From: Vicugna vicugna
Taxonomy: Eukaryota
Assembly: GCA_013265495.1 (NCBI GenBank)
Contig: MU057987.1
Location: 62,001-126,000 of the forward strand
Reading direction: 5' to 3'
Length of the DNA: 64,000 nt
In this document: piece after piece, positions 51,961 through 64,000 of the stretch
How the letters are laid out: the number at the start of each line of letters is the position of its first letter
Position numbering within the stretch: position 1 is the first letter of the stretch
The notes under the pieces: generated by a model
Told to the model about the DNA's origin: nothing
Database searches by the model: none
What the model saw: the letters and a program-made list of their open reading frames with translations, nothing else
Position numbers and translations under genes: made by a program

Positions 51961-53019
51961 GCTTTCATTGCTTCAGAAGGACCAATCCTGAAGTATCAAC
52001 CCAGATAGCAATTTCTACTACTTGGAGGGAACAGGAACTCAATGTTCTTGAATTCAACACTGAGTATTTGAACAGTGAATAAATCTGCACTGTGTTTCTT
52101 ACATACCTGAGTTTGTGAACTAAAGTCTGAACTCTTCATTCTACACGCAAAAGTAGAGAAAATACTCCAAAAAGTGCATATATTGTATGCTAGACAGCTT
52201 TGCACACTCAATCTTGAAACCAAGGTAATTTTAGCTTAATTTTATGAATGAAGAAATTAGACCTTTATAGAGATTAATGGAGAGAGTTTCTGTATATATA
52301 AAATAGCAGAAGTGAGATTAAATTTGGGGATTCTTCATCTCTGGTTCATTGTTCCTTTTGCAACGGCTGGTCCCAACCCATTCTGAAAACAAGCTCAATG
52401 AAAACTGAATGTAAATTAATTAGTAGATAACAAAAATTTTACAGTCAAGTCTCTTTTGGTTCCCAGTTATAGGTGATTAGGAAAAAAAAACTTATTAGTG
52501 AATGATTACCTAATTGTTTTCTAAATTAGAGGTATATGTGACTTAGGTAAGGAAAAAATAATCAGATATGATGATCTGTGGTTTCTAACCCATCTTCTGG
52601 GTAGAATGGTGATGCTTAGAGATTTTCTTTCACCCAAGATCTCAATATTTTGTCAGCTTCCCAAAGCTGCCATCATTTTAAACCATGCGTTTCTGGAGAA
52701 GAATGATTCTTCCACAGTAATAACTACCTTAGGTCATGAAAGAGGAGAAGGAGAAGGAGAAAAGCAGAGAGTGGATGCCACCAGGAGAAAAAAGGCAGCT
52801 TCTGTGACCTTAATTTATTCTATTTCTGGGCACCACATTTTTTCGCTCCAGCAGCAGGTAAGGGAACATTTTCCCAGCCAGATCAGTTTTCTTCCTCTAG
52901 AAACTTTAGTGTCAGGTTTGGGCTTCAAATTAAGTCCTGAACCTTCATAGATTGACAGAACTTTCTGACATGAGGGGTATGGAAGGTTTACAATGTTAAA
53001 GATTATGCCATGTTACTTA

Positions 53020-53195
53020 TAATCTTTGATCTTTGTCTCATTTAATTTCTACAATAAACCAACAGGGAGGCTTTCTTTCCAATTTACAGAGGATAAAACC
53101 AAGGCTCAGAGAGATGGGGTTACCACACCAAGGTCACATATTTAGGGCTGAGATCTGAACCTGAGTGTTCACTGACTTCAAAACTCATGCTCTAG
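53020..53195 (-). mobile_element. MIR SINE
   Basis: TTTACAGAGGATAAAACCAAGGCTCAGAGAG...CCAAGGTCACA...CTGACTTCAAAACTCATGCTCT. Confidence 0.75.
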
Positions 53196-53671
53196 GCTTT
53201 GGGGGAAATCTCCCCTCAGTTTTCACAGAAGAACAAATGGGTATTTATCATATTGATATACTGTGTTTTTTTTTTAAAGACTTAGAGAACACCAACCTCA
53301 ATTAGCAATTTGAAGCTCTTAACTTGATGAATGATGGGTGATGATAAGAATATGAATTGTACATCACCTTTCATCATTTCCTAAAGAGTAGAACAGCTCA
53401 TTCATTATCTTGGTCCTTTTAGCACCCTTTGGATATCTCAAAGGCACGCTGCTTCTAGGATGAACCATGTTTAAATTAACAGAATCCAAAGTCACCTAAC
53501 AGGGCTCCACAGGGGGAGAATGTGTTTCACTCTAAGATGACTAGAAATCTTAGATCTCAAGCAAACTGAATTTACTAAATCTTAGTCAATATTTTACAGT
53601 TCAAATGAAACACTCATTTCCCCTACTTATTTAAGGGCATTAATTACTCTGAGAATTCAGGTTTATGCTAG

Positions 53672-54264
53672 TGTATTAGCTACTAACTGCTGCTAAAACA
53701 AGTGACCCTAAACTCTGTTGCTTAAAGAAACACAAATTCATTATCTCACAGCTCCGAAACTGAAATGGGTTTCACTGGGCTGAAAACAAGGTGTAGGCGG
53801 GGCTGTGCTCCCTCAAGAGGCTCAGCAGTGCTAAAAAAAATTCAACTTAGTAAATTTTAAAGATTTTATTGGCTTTATTCAAGGACTTATGAATCTGGCA
53901 GCATCCAATCTAGCAGATAGAAGCTCTGAGGAGCTGTACAAAATGAAAGATTTTACAGGCAGAAGGAAGCAGGAACAAGGTGACACTTAGCATAAAAAGT
54001 AAGTTGATTATCATAAGTTTACTTTTATTTATGGGTCTATCAGGCAGGTTACCTAACTAATGATGATCTGGTGATTCCTGATTGGCTGGCTTAAGATTCC
54101 ATTTCTAGGAGAGCTGAGACTGTAATTAAGTCTTGGTTGGGTGACATGAGGCTTAGCATAAACAACTCGTCCTTTCTGCTATATAAAGTATCATTCACAG
54201 GTTCTGGGATTAGGACATGGACATCATGGTGTGATGCACAGGGGTTGTTATTCAACCTACCACA
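53672..54264 (-). mobile_element. MaLR LTR (MLT1C/D/E-like), split by a nested LTR
   Basis: TGTATTAG...GCTTAAA..AACACAAATT.ATTATCTCACAG start and ATTCACAGGTTCTGGGATTAGGACATGGACATC...CCTACCACA end; flanks GCTAG/GCCAG. Confidence 0.85.
53829..54168 (-). mobile_element. ERV1-class LTR nested in MLT1
   Basis: Begins TGCTAAAAAAAATTCAAC with antisense polyA signal TTTATT and antisense CCAAT (GATTGG); unrelated to the flanking MLT1. Confidence 0.65.
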
Positions 54265-56009
54265 GCCAGACAATATTTTTCTAATTCTACATTGTAAGAC
54301 AGTGGAAAAGAGATTTTAGAAAGTATTTTTGATGCCGAACTATTTGTAAGCATTTTAGGAGTGTTTCATTTTTCAACCAGGCTAATTGTAAATAGTCATT
54401 ATTATACAATAAGTATTTTTTTGGAAAAACTAATAATAAATAAGAGCAACAGTAATGAATTAAACTCGACTTCCATGAGAACTGCACAGTAATTATCCTC
54501 CAAAGATGTATTGCTATTTACCTCATTGGTGAAGTCAATAGGAGTCTCACTCTCAAATAATAAAAATAAAAGTAAAAACATTTAATATCAGCCACTTGGG
54601 ATTCAGAGGGTTTTGGTTTACAGTTTTTAAAAGCTTTTCGCAAAACCAGGAAGTAGCAATAATATTTGAATCAATGTCATTCAGATGTCTTTGCAAGGCA
54701 AACAGAGCTCTATCAATTGAACAACCAAACCCCTGTTCAAATTAATCAGTAGGAACTTGATAAATTCCACTGATGTAGAAAATTAGCACTTTGCATGTTT
54801 CCCAGATTTTGATTTCATTTGGGCGTCAGGTCGTGAATTATAACCACTCTTCTTGGACTCGAGCTATTTCACTTGAAATCCATTATTTCTAGCAGAATTA
54901 TGATCTTGTTAGGGAAATGCCAGCTTTTTCCATTTTGAGCATCTGCACTGCAGTTCTATTATTAACATGGAGCTCATTTTAAAAAGAGGAAGAATTAGAT
55001 TTGTGTCTTTGGGGCAGTGGGGGAGGGTGGGTGGTAGTGACTGGCGCTTTAGTGAAGCAAACAAGCACACGGGGCTGCTTCCAATTGACACAGCTGTCAT
55101 GTAAATATCTGTCCCTGCTGTATAGCTGAGGGATCCTGGGCTTAAAGACCTTGTAGCCATATGTAAACAATGCAGGGCTGATGACAGGTTTACAGCACTG
55201 GAGACAACGTGTGCAGCTGTTTCATCCTCCTTCCTATAGTGAGAGACAAATGTTCAGGGGACAGATCACAGATGCTTAGAACACGGTTCTAGAAGCTTAC
55301 AGGGTTGCTTTTGTGATGTGCTTCGCTCACTGCCTTCGGGTCAGGCCCTGCAGCCCGCGGTGTGAACACTTCCAGGCAGGTTCCCTGCTGGATCCCTCTC
55401 TCCTTCTCTCTTCCTCTCCTCCAGCTTCAGCCCACTGTTTCCCTTGAGGGGCAGTTAGCAGAGTAGCTCAATGCCCAGCCCCCGCCCCAGCATGCTGCAT
55501 TGTTCAGAGGGCTCCCCAGATCAAAAGATCTAAGAGGCTAATGCCTAGATAAATCCTTTACTCTGTCCCCTGATTATTGCTCTTCCCTTCACAGCAATCT
55601 TTCCAGGATTCAGCCCACGCTCATTAGAAAGAATCAAGTAGGAAACAAAGTATTATTTCAGCCAAGGTTCACTTAGTAACAGTGAAAGCTCCTGCAGATG
55701 TGACCTGGGAAACAATTACTATGCAGATGTCAATCTGGAAGAAAAAATTTCGCTTTCTCTTTCAGCTCTTGGAATTAAAACTGAGGTGACTATGCATATG
55801 TTTCAGGCCAAAAAACCTCTCTTTTTGACTTCTGGATACTTATCTGAATTCTCCTGATAAGCGTAGTGTTTCACAATCTGAATTACCCAGAGCCCAAAAC
55901 TGTTTTATGTTTTCTTGTCACGTTATGTGTTTATGGACACAAGGCTGATTTTTCAAACTTTTTTTCCTGCTTATTTGAACCACTTCCTTCAGAAGCAGCA
56001 TGTAACACA

Positions 56010-56250
56010 TTTAGATTTTTCAGCTCTACTATTAGACTGTATCATTTTAAATCCAGGCATAACCATTTATTAAATCTGTGGTTCTGGACAAGTTTCTTAA
56101 GCTATGTAAGTTTAAAATTCCTTATTGTAAAATGGACATAGTAATAGTGCTTATCTCTTAGGGTTGTTTTGAGGCTTAGCTAGCCAATCCATACCAAGTC
56201 TTTAGTTTAATTTCTGGCCCATGAGAAGCATCCATTAAATATGCACCATG
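56010..56250 (+). mobile_element. MIR SINE
   Basis: AAATCCAGGC...CTGTG...GGACAAGTTTCTTAA...TGTAAAATGG...TAATAGTGCTTATCTCTTAGGGTTGTT. Confidence 0.75.
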
Positions 56251-57199
56251 ATCATAATTCTCATATTTTAAGAATACTCATGTAAATTAGAGCCTCTTAT
56301 TAAAAGAAAAATGAAAGCTTACCAAACCCACAAATGAACAGCTTCCCAACTTCCAACCATGTAACTGCCAAAGGTTTACCCACCAATGGAGTGTCCCCCT
56401 GAAAGCCACCACCTATTCTGGATCAAAGATATTCCGTATTACCCAGGGGACTTCTACCATCCCATAACCCTGGACTCTCTACCTTATTCTTTCTGAAAAT
56501 TACTGGTGCAGGGATACATATTAAATGCAGCCCAGAACTTGGAGAGTCCTTACTTTTATAAGAATGGAGTAGAAAGCTCCAGTTGATGGGTCAGGCATTT
56601 TAGGTTGTTAGTGGTCTGAGTCTACAAGCTCACCTACATACTGGGTTGAAAAAGCCTTTGTAGACAGGGATGGGAATTTAAACACTCCAAATGTTCTTTC
56701 TTTGGAAGACTTAGTTCTAGGATCCCACAACTGACACACAAGTCAGTATTTTGGGGTACACTAATGTAAATAGTATTTTAAATTTCAAATTCCAGTTGTT
56801 CACATAGGAAACAATTGACTTTAGTATGTTAGTTTTGTATCCTGCAACTTTTTCTATAATCACTTATTAGTTCCAAGTTGGATTTTTTTGTTCATTCTTT
56901 GAGATTTTCTACATATGTGAATGCATTTTTACTGTCAATATTCACTCCATCTAGACATCTAGAAAGATCTGCATTTGTTAAGCCCAATAATTTCCATATT
57001 GTACACAATATATGATTGGATTAACATTCATAAATTGGTAACATTTCCTTTGGATGCTTTGGGTTAAGAAGAAGAAAGCAACAGTTTGTTGAAAGTACAT
57101 CTTTAACACCTTTCTAACGATTGCTAAGACCCCATAATGGCAATATCAAAGCCATCCTTGAGCCTTGATCAGGGAACTGCAACTAAGTAGGTTTTAACA

Positions 57200-57430
57200 G
57201 CACTGTTTTGTTTTCATTGCATTTATTTTTATGGTTACCATATATTTACGGCAAATGGTATTAATTTTCCACTTATAATACTGATTTTAATTTTACCTTT
57301 TAAATGACTGTCTTTAGGTGTAAACATTAAGTTGATACCAAGGGAAAAATAAAGTAAATAATCAATCATGGAGATTTATGTGATTTGGTAAATGTCCTGA
57401 AGTAGTTTACTGCAACTAAATTCTGGAATA
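57200..57430. mobile_element. hAT-Charlie fragment (MER113-like)
   Basis: TTGTTTTCATTGCATTTATTTTTATGGTTACC...TTTACGGCAAATG...TTTTCCA. Confidence 0.55.
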
Positions 57431-58451
57431 AATTAGTCAGACCCACAAATCAAACTGCAGAGAGAAGATCGTTATTAATGGCACCAAACAGTTATTAACT
57501 CTCATGACCCCAGCAAGATTATTAAGTGGACAACCACTGCTGGTCAATAAACTCTAATCACTACTAGGTGGGTAATCTTGGTGGCTAGCATAAAAGCTTG
57601 GCTTAGAGTAGAATTCGGAGAACATCTGTGAGACAGATGAGTGGAGGACTGAATTCTGCATCGTCATCTTCTACTTGGCATCACTTCCCCAAATGCTGAA
57701 ATCTCTCCTCTACCTACCAAGTGCCTACACCCCTGGCTCTGCCCCTTGGCTCTCACAGTCCCCCTGCAAAACCTCAGTGGCACCTGTAGCTCCAAATTAC
57801 CTCACACTCCTCCCACAGCCAAAGCCCCCCTACTCATTTTGGCTTGATATTAAAAGGACGGGGGTGTGAAGTCAGCCATACTAAGCTATAGCAGGATTGA
57901 TATGTCCAATTGCCTCAGAATGGATTAGATTTTAATAGAGGCCTTTATGAATCCCAAGAATGTCTACTTGATAAAATGCATTAGGGAAAATCATCTTAAG
58001 ACTAGAAACCTTCTAAGTGTGTCTTTCACATGCCTGCATTCTGGCAGAAAAGAGGAACCACATCGTTCATTTATTCTCCTACTTTTGAAGTCATTGTCAG
58101 AGTGCAGGAGAATTGGAGGGTTGCACGAAATCTTCTTAGCTGTCAGTCTGTGTTTCAGAAGCAACCTGGGAGCTTTTTAAAACTGCAGATCCCTGGGCCT
58201 CACTTCCCAGATATTTGCCTTCCATTCTGCATGACCCACTGAGCTGAAATGACCGACCTGAGGTCATGCAGACAGCTGGAGACCGCCTGCAACTAACTTT
58301 CTCACTCCCACTACAGGGCTCTTTCTGTTACGACGCCTATGGACATTGAAAACTGCTCTAAAACTTTTGCTACATCACAGAATCCTTAGTTTTTAAGAAA
58401 GGAAGATATGGTTACTAACAAGAGGTATTTTAAAAACAACTTAGTATTTTG

Positions 58452-58495
58452 ATTTTGTTTTGATAGCATGATTATTTTGTTTTGATAGCATGATT
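58452..58495. repeat. Perfect 22-bp tandem duplication
   Basis: ATTTTGTTTTGATAGCATGATT twice (58452-58473, 58474-58495). Confidence 0.95.
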
Positions 58496-60394
58496 AACAG
58501 GAAAGCCACTCATTCAGAATACATCTATGTTTAATTGGTTCATCCATGGACTAGAAGTTTCATGGGTGTGGAGACAAATCTGTTTTACTCATCATTTTTA
58601 CATAGCATGCAGCTACCCATAATGTGTTCTAATTATTGACTGAACTAATAATTTAATTATTACAAAAAATAATAACTAACATTTACTGAGCTCTAATTAT
58701 GCCCCAGTACTACCCATATACATGTAGTATAAGAAACTCAAGAGTAGGTAATACTATTGTAAGTGAGTTAGAGAATGAAGAAAGAAATGAATGAGGAAAT
58801 TATAATCAGATGAACATCAGCAATTCAGCCACGACTGGGATCATAAATTATCGATTACTGAAAACTCCCCCAAACATTTTAAACACACAATAGAATTTTC
58901 CTGAGATAAATTGCTAGCAAAGGACATCACAAGTAAGTATCAGTTTAATTGTGATGAAAATACAAGCCAGTTTAACAGCTGGGAAAATGAAACGTAGTCT
59001 ACAAAGCAATAACTAATACAAGGTTTTCTCCTACAAGGAGAAATAATTGATAACCCAAGTCGTACAATTATGAACTTTCAAAGGCATCCAATTTTGTCAA
59101 TTTTGTGTGTCTGAGAGGACTAATGAAGCTTTAAAAAATTACCTTTCATCTCTGAAAGAAGCATTTACCTTTAGATGAATATATCCACTAATAATGTCAA
59201 AATCAATTCACAATATCAGAAATATCCTACTCCACGAGCTGGAGTTTTCAAGTATTTCTAATTGTAATGTTGTTCTAACGAAAATGTTAAGTCATGTGTC
59301 CACCTGAGAGGAAATTCTCAAGACATGTTATATTAAACGTCACAGGAGGTATAGTTCTGATTTCACATTTGCTAGATTTATAGCTTCACACGTATTGTGA
59401 AAGAATGGTTATTTACTGAGTTTTATCTTGTGACTTTAATTTGAAGGTTTCAGTATCCTTGCCGATACTGGTAATTTTCGGTATGTGCTAGAAATAATGA
59501 CTGTGTTTATGACACATTGAATATTTTTATACTGTGCTCTCTCGCTAATGGGGTCACAGAGTAAACACAAAGAATTTGTAGTCACTCTGCTATCTACAAA
59601 CAAAACAGAATGCATGGAATTTTAGTGTGAAATCCTAATAAATAAGTATTTTTTGTTCTAATGTCAGATACACATAGAAGAGACAATTGGATGAAATTAT
59701 TTGAGTCTTTCTTAATAGAAGTATTTCTCCTGGAACAAGGTTTTATATACTATTGGATATATAAAATCAAGAAAGAAATGTTTCAGATTGCTAATTTATT
59801 ATGCATGCATTATCGTATCTTCTATATAGCTCAATGGCAGAAGACTATAGCCTTGCCAATCTCTGCAGAATGCCATCTTACTGCTCGTCCGTGGAATGAA
59901 ATATAGTACAAACTGACCAACCCTGCTATGTCTCTGCTAATGAGATCTACTTGGTGAAATGCTTGTTCATTAAAAACCTAAGAACAGACATAATGGGATA
60001 CATGGGGACTGAAGTCCCAGAATGTCTCAACGCTAACATGGTGCAAACCATAGTCAAATCATATTTAATAAACAGCCACATACACTCATACCATTTAACC
60101 ATCATGTAGCCAGGAGTCTTACAGTAAATAAATTCTGTCCACCTAACTTCTGGACATAAAATCCAAGCAATGACTTAATCAGATAGTGACTGGGGAACCA
60201 GAAGTGACAGCCGATAGTGGATTCACAGCGGGGGCAAGCATTCTGCTGTCTCTCCAGTACTGTTACTGTACACAAGTTAATGTCAAACCCAACTCAAAGA
60301 AATGTTTTGTTTCGATTTTTCACATATGCAAACATTTATTTTCAAGGAGCAAGGTGTTTTTATCATGGTCAATCAAAAAGCACCCAAATTCCCA

Positions 60395-61545
60395 TATGCT
60401 AGAAAACTTTGATGAAATGGACAAATTCCTAGAAAGACACAAAATGCCAAAACTGACTGAAGCAAAAGTAGAAGATCTGAATAGACCTATAACAAGTATA
60501 ATGACTGAATAAGGAAATAAAAATCATCCACAAAGAAAAGTCCAGGTCCACATGGATACATGGGTAAATTTAACTTTTACAAAATTTTAAAAAATTGATA
60601 CCGATTTTTTATACGCTCTGAAAAAAAAAAAAAGAACAATTTCCAACTCATTCTGTGAGGCCAGAACTCATCACAGGAAATAGTATATCTTATGAAAATA
60701 AGTGCCAAAATTATCAACAAAATATAACGGACATATAAAAGGATAGGTCAGCGTGACCAAGTGGGATTTATTCCAGTAATGCAAGATTGGTTTATCATCC
60801 AAATACCAGTTAATGCTATATTAACCAAATCAGTAGAATAAAGAGCAAAGTCATGTGACCATCTCAATAAGCTCGGAAAGAGCATTTGACAAGATTCAGC
60901 ATGACTTCATCATAAAAACACTAACAAACTAGGAACAGAATGGAACTTCTTAACCTGGTGAAGTGGCTCAACAAAAACCCCACCGTTAACATATTTAATG
61001 GTGAGAGACTGGATGCAAGATCAGAAATGAGAAAAGGATGTCTGCTCTCATCACTTCTATGATTCATTGAGAATTATTTCTGGGGTATGGAATGAGGTAG
61101 GGGACAATTCATTTTCTTCCACATCCAATTGTTCCAGTGCTACATGTTAAGCATGCCTTTTTCTCTCTGTTGAATTCTTGTCTCCATTGTCAAAATTAGT
61201 TGACTGCATGGCTAGGCTTATTTCTGGATTCTCCATTCTGTTTCCTGGATCCATTTGCCTATCTTTATGACAACACTACACTACATAAAATCAGACAGTG
61301 TTAGTCCTCTGCCTTTGTTTTTATTTTAAAATGTTGTTTGATTCTTCTCAATCTTTCCATGTTCACGTTAATTTTGAAATTGGCTGTCACTTTTTTTCAA
61401 GAGAGCATGCTGCTATTTTGAATTTTTTTGAACCTATACATCAATTTGGGGAGAATGGACAACTTAACAATGTTACGTCTTCCAAGCCACGAACATAGTA
61501 TAAATCTCTACTCATTTAGATCTTCTTTTGATTGCTTTCAGCAGT
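60395..61545. mobile_element. Old L1M ORF2 fragments, sense (60395-~61060) then antisense (~61070-61545)
   Basis: Sense: ENFDEMDKFLERHKMPKLT, GACCAAGTGGGATTTATTCC, GCATTTGACAA. Antisense: ATCCAATTGTTCCAG, TTTCTGGATTCTCCATTCTGTT, ATCAATTTGGGGAGAATGGACA. Confidence 0.85.
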
Positions 61546-61546
61546 A

Positions 61547-61700
61547 GTTGTAGGGGGTGAGGGTGGGATGCTGCTCTGTGCGTTGCAGGATATTCAGATG
61601 CCAGTAACATGTCCCCACCAAGTCATGACAATCAAAATGACCCCAGACATTGCCACATTTGCCCTGGATGATAAAAGCACACCTGATGGAGAACCTCTGA
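61547..61700 (-). mobile_element. MER20-like hAT-Charlie fragment
   Basis: AGATGCCAGTA...TGACAATCAAAATG..CCCAGACATTGCCA...GAGAACCTCTG. Confidence 0.8.
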
Positions 61701-62020
61701 CCTAGAGGAATAGGGAAAGCATGGCATTAACAAAATGACATATTAATCAGTGGCAATAAACTCTGGATGGAATAACAAACAACAACTACAACCACCTCCT
61801 AAAGGCTCTGGAGAGTGAGAAAAGAAAGATTTTGGAAGGGGTGAAGGTGTCGTATGGAGTGGGTTCCCTGAGTTGTTGCGTGGAAGTGCAGCATGACCAC
61901 CAGAAGTCGAAGTTCCTATAGAACAATTGCTATTTTACTGCCTGGGTTACCAGAGGATAGAGCCCAGTGTGGCTGCAGCCACGGCACAGTGAAGGGGGGA
62001 CTCCCGGGAAGGAAAGAAAC

Positions 62021-62388
62021 TGTTATGGCCTGAATTTTGTCCACCTGCCTCCAATTCATATGTTAAAGCCGTAATGCCCAGTGTGACTGTATTTGGAGAT
62101 AGAACCTTCAAGGAGATACGGTTAAATGGGGTCATCAGGGTGGGGCTCTAATCTGATAGGACAGGAGTCCTTCCAAGAGGAAGAGACCCCAGAGATTCTC
62201 TGTCCACGTGCGCAGAGTAAAGGACACAGAGAGCAGGTGGCCGCCGGCAAGCCAGGAAGAGAGGTCTCCCCGGAAACCAGCCCTGATAGTGAACTTCCAG
62301 CCTCCAAGACTGTGGGAAAATAAACTTCTCTTGTTTAAACCAGTCATTCTGCGGTATTTTGTTACGGCAGCCCCCGACGACTAATACA
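62021..62388 (+). mobile_element. MaLR solo LTR, MLT1A/B-like
   Basis: Starts TGTTATGG..TGAAT, has GTGACTGTATTTGGAGATAG, AATAAA, and ends GACTAATACA. Confidence 0.9.
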
Positions 62389-63585
62389 CCAATTTCTTTG
62401 TGTAAATTCTAACAGAGGCTCTGGCCGACCAATCAATCAGGTATGTACGTATGGTACAATGTGCTTTGAACTCATAGGCTGGAAAATGAGAACTGAGGTT
62501 GGAGCTGCCACCCACCACAGGAGAGCTTTCTGCACCTTGAAAGGTCCCTCTCCCCGGCTGCCTGCCTTCCGCACCCCTCTGCAAGTTGCTTGGTAGAGAG
62601 CACGGGGGAGACTCCGACCTCCTGCCCCAAGGCAGCCTTCAGCAGGCCTTGTCCCTGCCTAGAGGAGCGCCAACTGCATGCCTCCTGCGGGGAGGGTCTT
62701 TCTCGGCAATCCTGCTCTTCTCTTCGTCTCAGGCAGGCTGCTGTCTTACACTCAGCGGAAAGTTTCATACACCTCGGAGAGCTCGGTGCAGCCCCCTGAG
62801 AAAGTAGGGAGGTGGATGCTGACACGCTCTGTGGTCGGGGCTCCTCTCTATCCTAATCTCTCACGCCAGCCCACACATTGTTAGTAAAACTTTACGAATT
62901 TGGGATGATTTCCCCTTATCTCTCTTCCCCTTTTCCCCCCAGCGATAAGACCCACTGTGGGACTCCCCTCTTAGAAACTGTTTATCCAGCATTTAGCTTT
63001 CCTATTTCTTAGCTTTCCAAAGGGTCAAAAGGGCACTGTGTTTTATTCTGTTCTGTTTTGTATTTAGCTATTTCACATTTCACTTCATGTTTGTTTGAGT
63101 ATGATAAGTTTAATAATTTTCTGTTTTACAGAATGATAAGTTTTGGAGTTTATGTTACTTTCCTTACAGAGCAAATATCTCACATTTCTTCCCTCTATCT
63201 GTAATAAAAGTGAAAGGCTAAAAAAGTTGTATCTAGAAAATGTACATGATTTTCATACACATTATACCTAATTTTTTAGCATAAGCAATCTTTTTTTGAG
63301 GGAAGAGAAATGAAAATGCATTGCAGTTGCAAAATTACTTTTCGTCAAAATGCTTAAATTTGCTTGGTAGAAATGAACTTACTATGCGACATGCATTTTT
63401 AAGCTTTTAATAATTTTTAATCATTTATATAGGAAATGCATCATTATAAAGCTAGCCAAGGACACCAAAGGTATCATTAGATGGAGACAGGAAGGCCAGG
63501 AGGAGGAAAATTACTCTTCGTGGTGAAATAAGAAAAATTATGTTGATGATACTTTTCGGAAGACATAAACATGATTCTAATGCCA

Positions 63586-63640
63586 CAGTATTGGGTTTTG
63601 CTTGCTTATTTCTGATGAGATGGCCAGAAACCCAATACTG
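63586..63640. repeat. Inverted repeat / 55-nt hairpin
   Basis: CAGTATTGGGTTT (63586-63598) is the exact reverse complement of AAACCCAATACTG (63628-63640); inner CTTAT/ATGAG can pair around a TTCTG loop. Confidence 0.85.
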
Positions 63641-64000
63641 AAGCTTGGGAGAAATCTTTGTATATATAATCTAGGAAGGTGGTCACAGGCAATGATTAGC
63701 ATGTTACAGGACCAGCAACTATGGGCCCATGACTTTTAACTTGCTGTTTTCAGATAGAGTAGAAGGTAAGCATATGTGTTCAACATCCTACCTGTTTCGC
63801 TCACTATTGTAGACCAATGCTTTTCGCAATCCCTGGGACACAGCAGTATCTCAAGTGACTGAAACATAATGACAACATAAATACACCAGTTTCTTACTCT
63901 GAGGTTATAATCAGCTTTTCTTTATAAAATGTCTATGCTATTGACACTGGCTTGAAATTCTAGTCTATTACCATGAAGATCTGCAGAATAAAAATTGAGA

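Noticed and set aside
62733..62803. Possible 71-nt + strand exon (GRLLSYTQRKVSYTSESSVQPPEK)
   Set aside because: Good acceptor but weak donor (AAA|GTAGGG); peptide not recognised.

Overview
AT-rich mammalian genomic DNA, most likely a camelid (alpaca/llama/camel). The species call rests on my recollection of camelid L1 3' UTRs and a Vic-1-like tRNA-SINE head, so it is tentative. The window is intronic or intergenic. I recognise no host protein-coding gene, RNA gene or prokaryote-type system. It is a mosaic of ancient eutherian repeats (MIR, L2, old L1M, MaLR/ERV LTRs, Tigger and hAT MITEs), a few young L1-mediated insertions with clear target-site duplications (TSDs), and unique blocks that look regulatory. 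The only real long ORF is the EN-less, RT-containing half of a young L1 ORF2 in a 5'-inverted (twin-primed) insertion at 34961-37518. Best leads: that insertion, an 83-bp orphan retro-insertion of unknown origin (6804-6920), a candidate 12-nt microexon near a 55-nt hairpin (63586-63770), a cluster of tiny L1 3'-end insertions (15961-17036) and several enhancer-like blocks. I found no convincing previously undescribed biological system. Repeat family names come from recalled consensus sequences, not a database search, and boundaries of old repeats are approximate.
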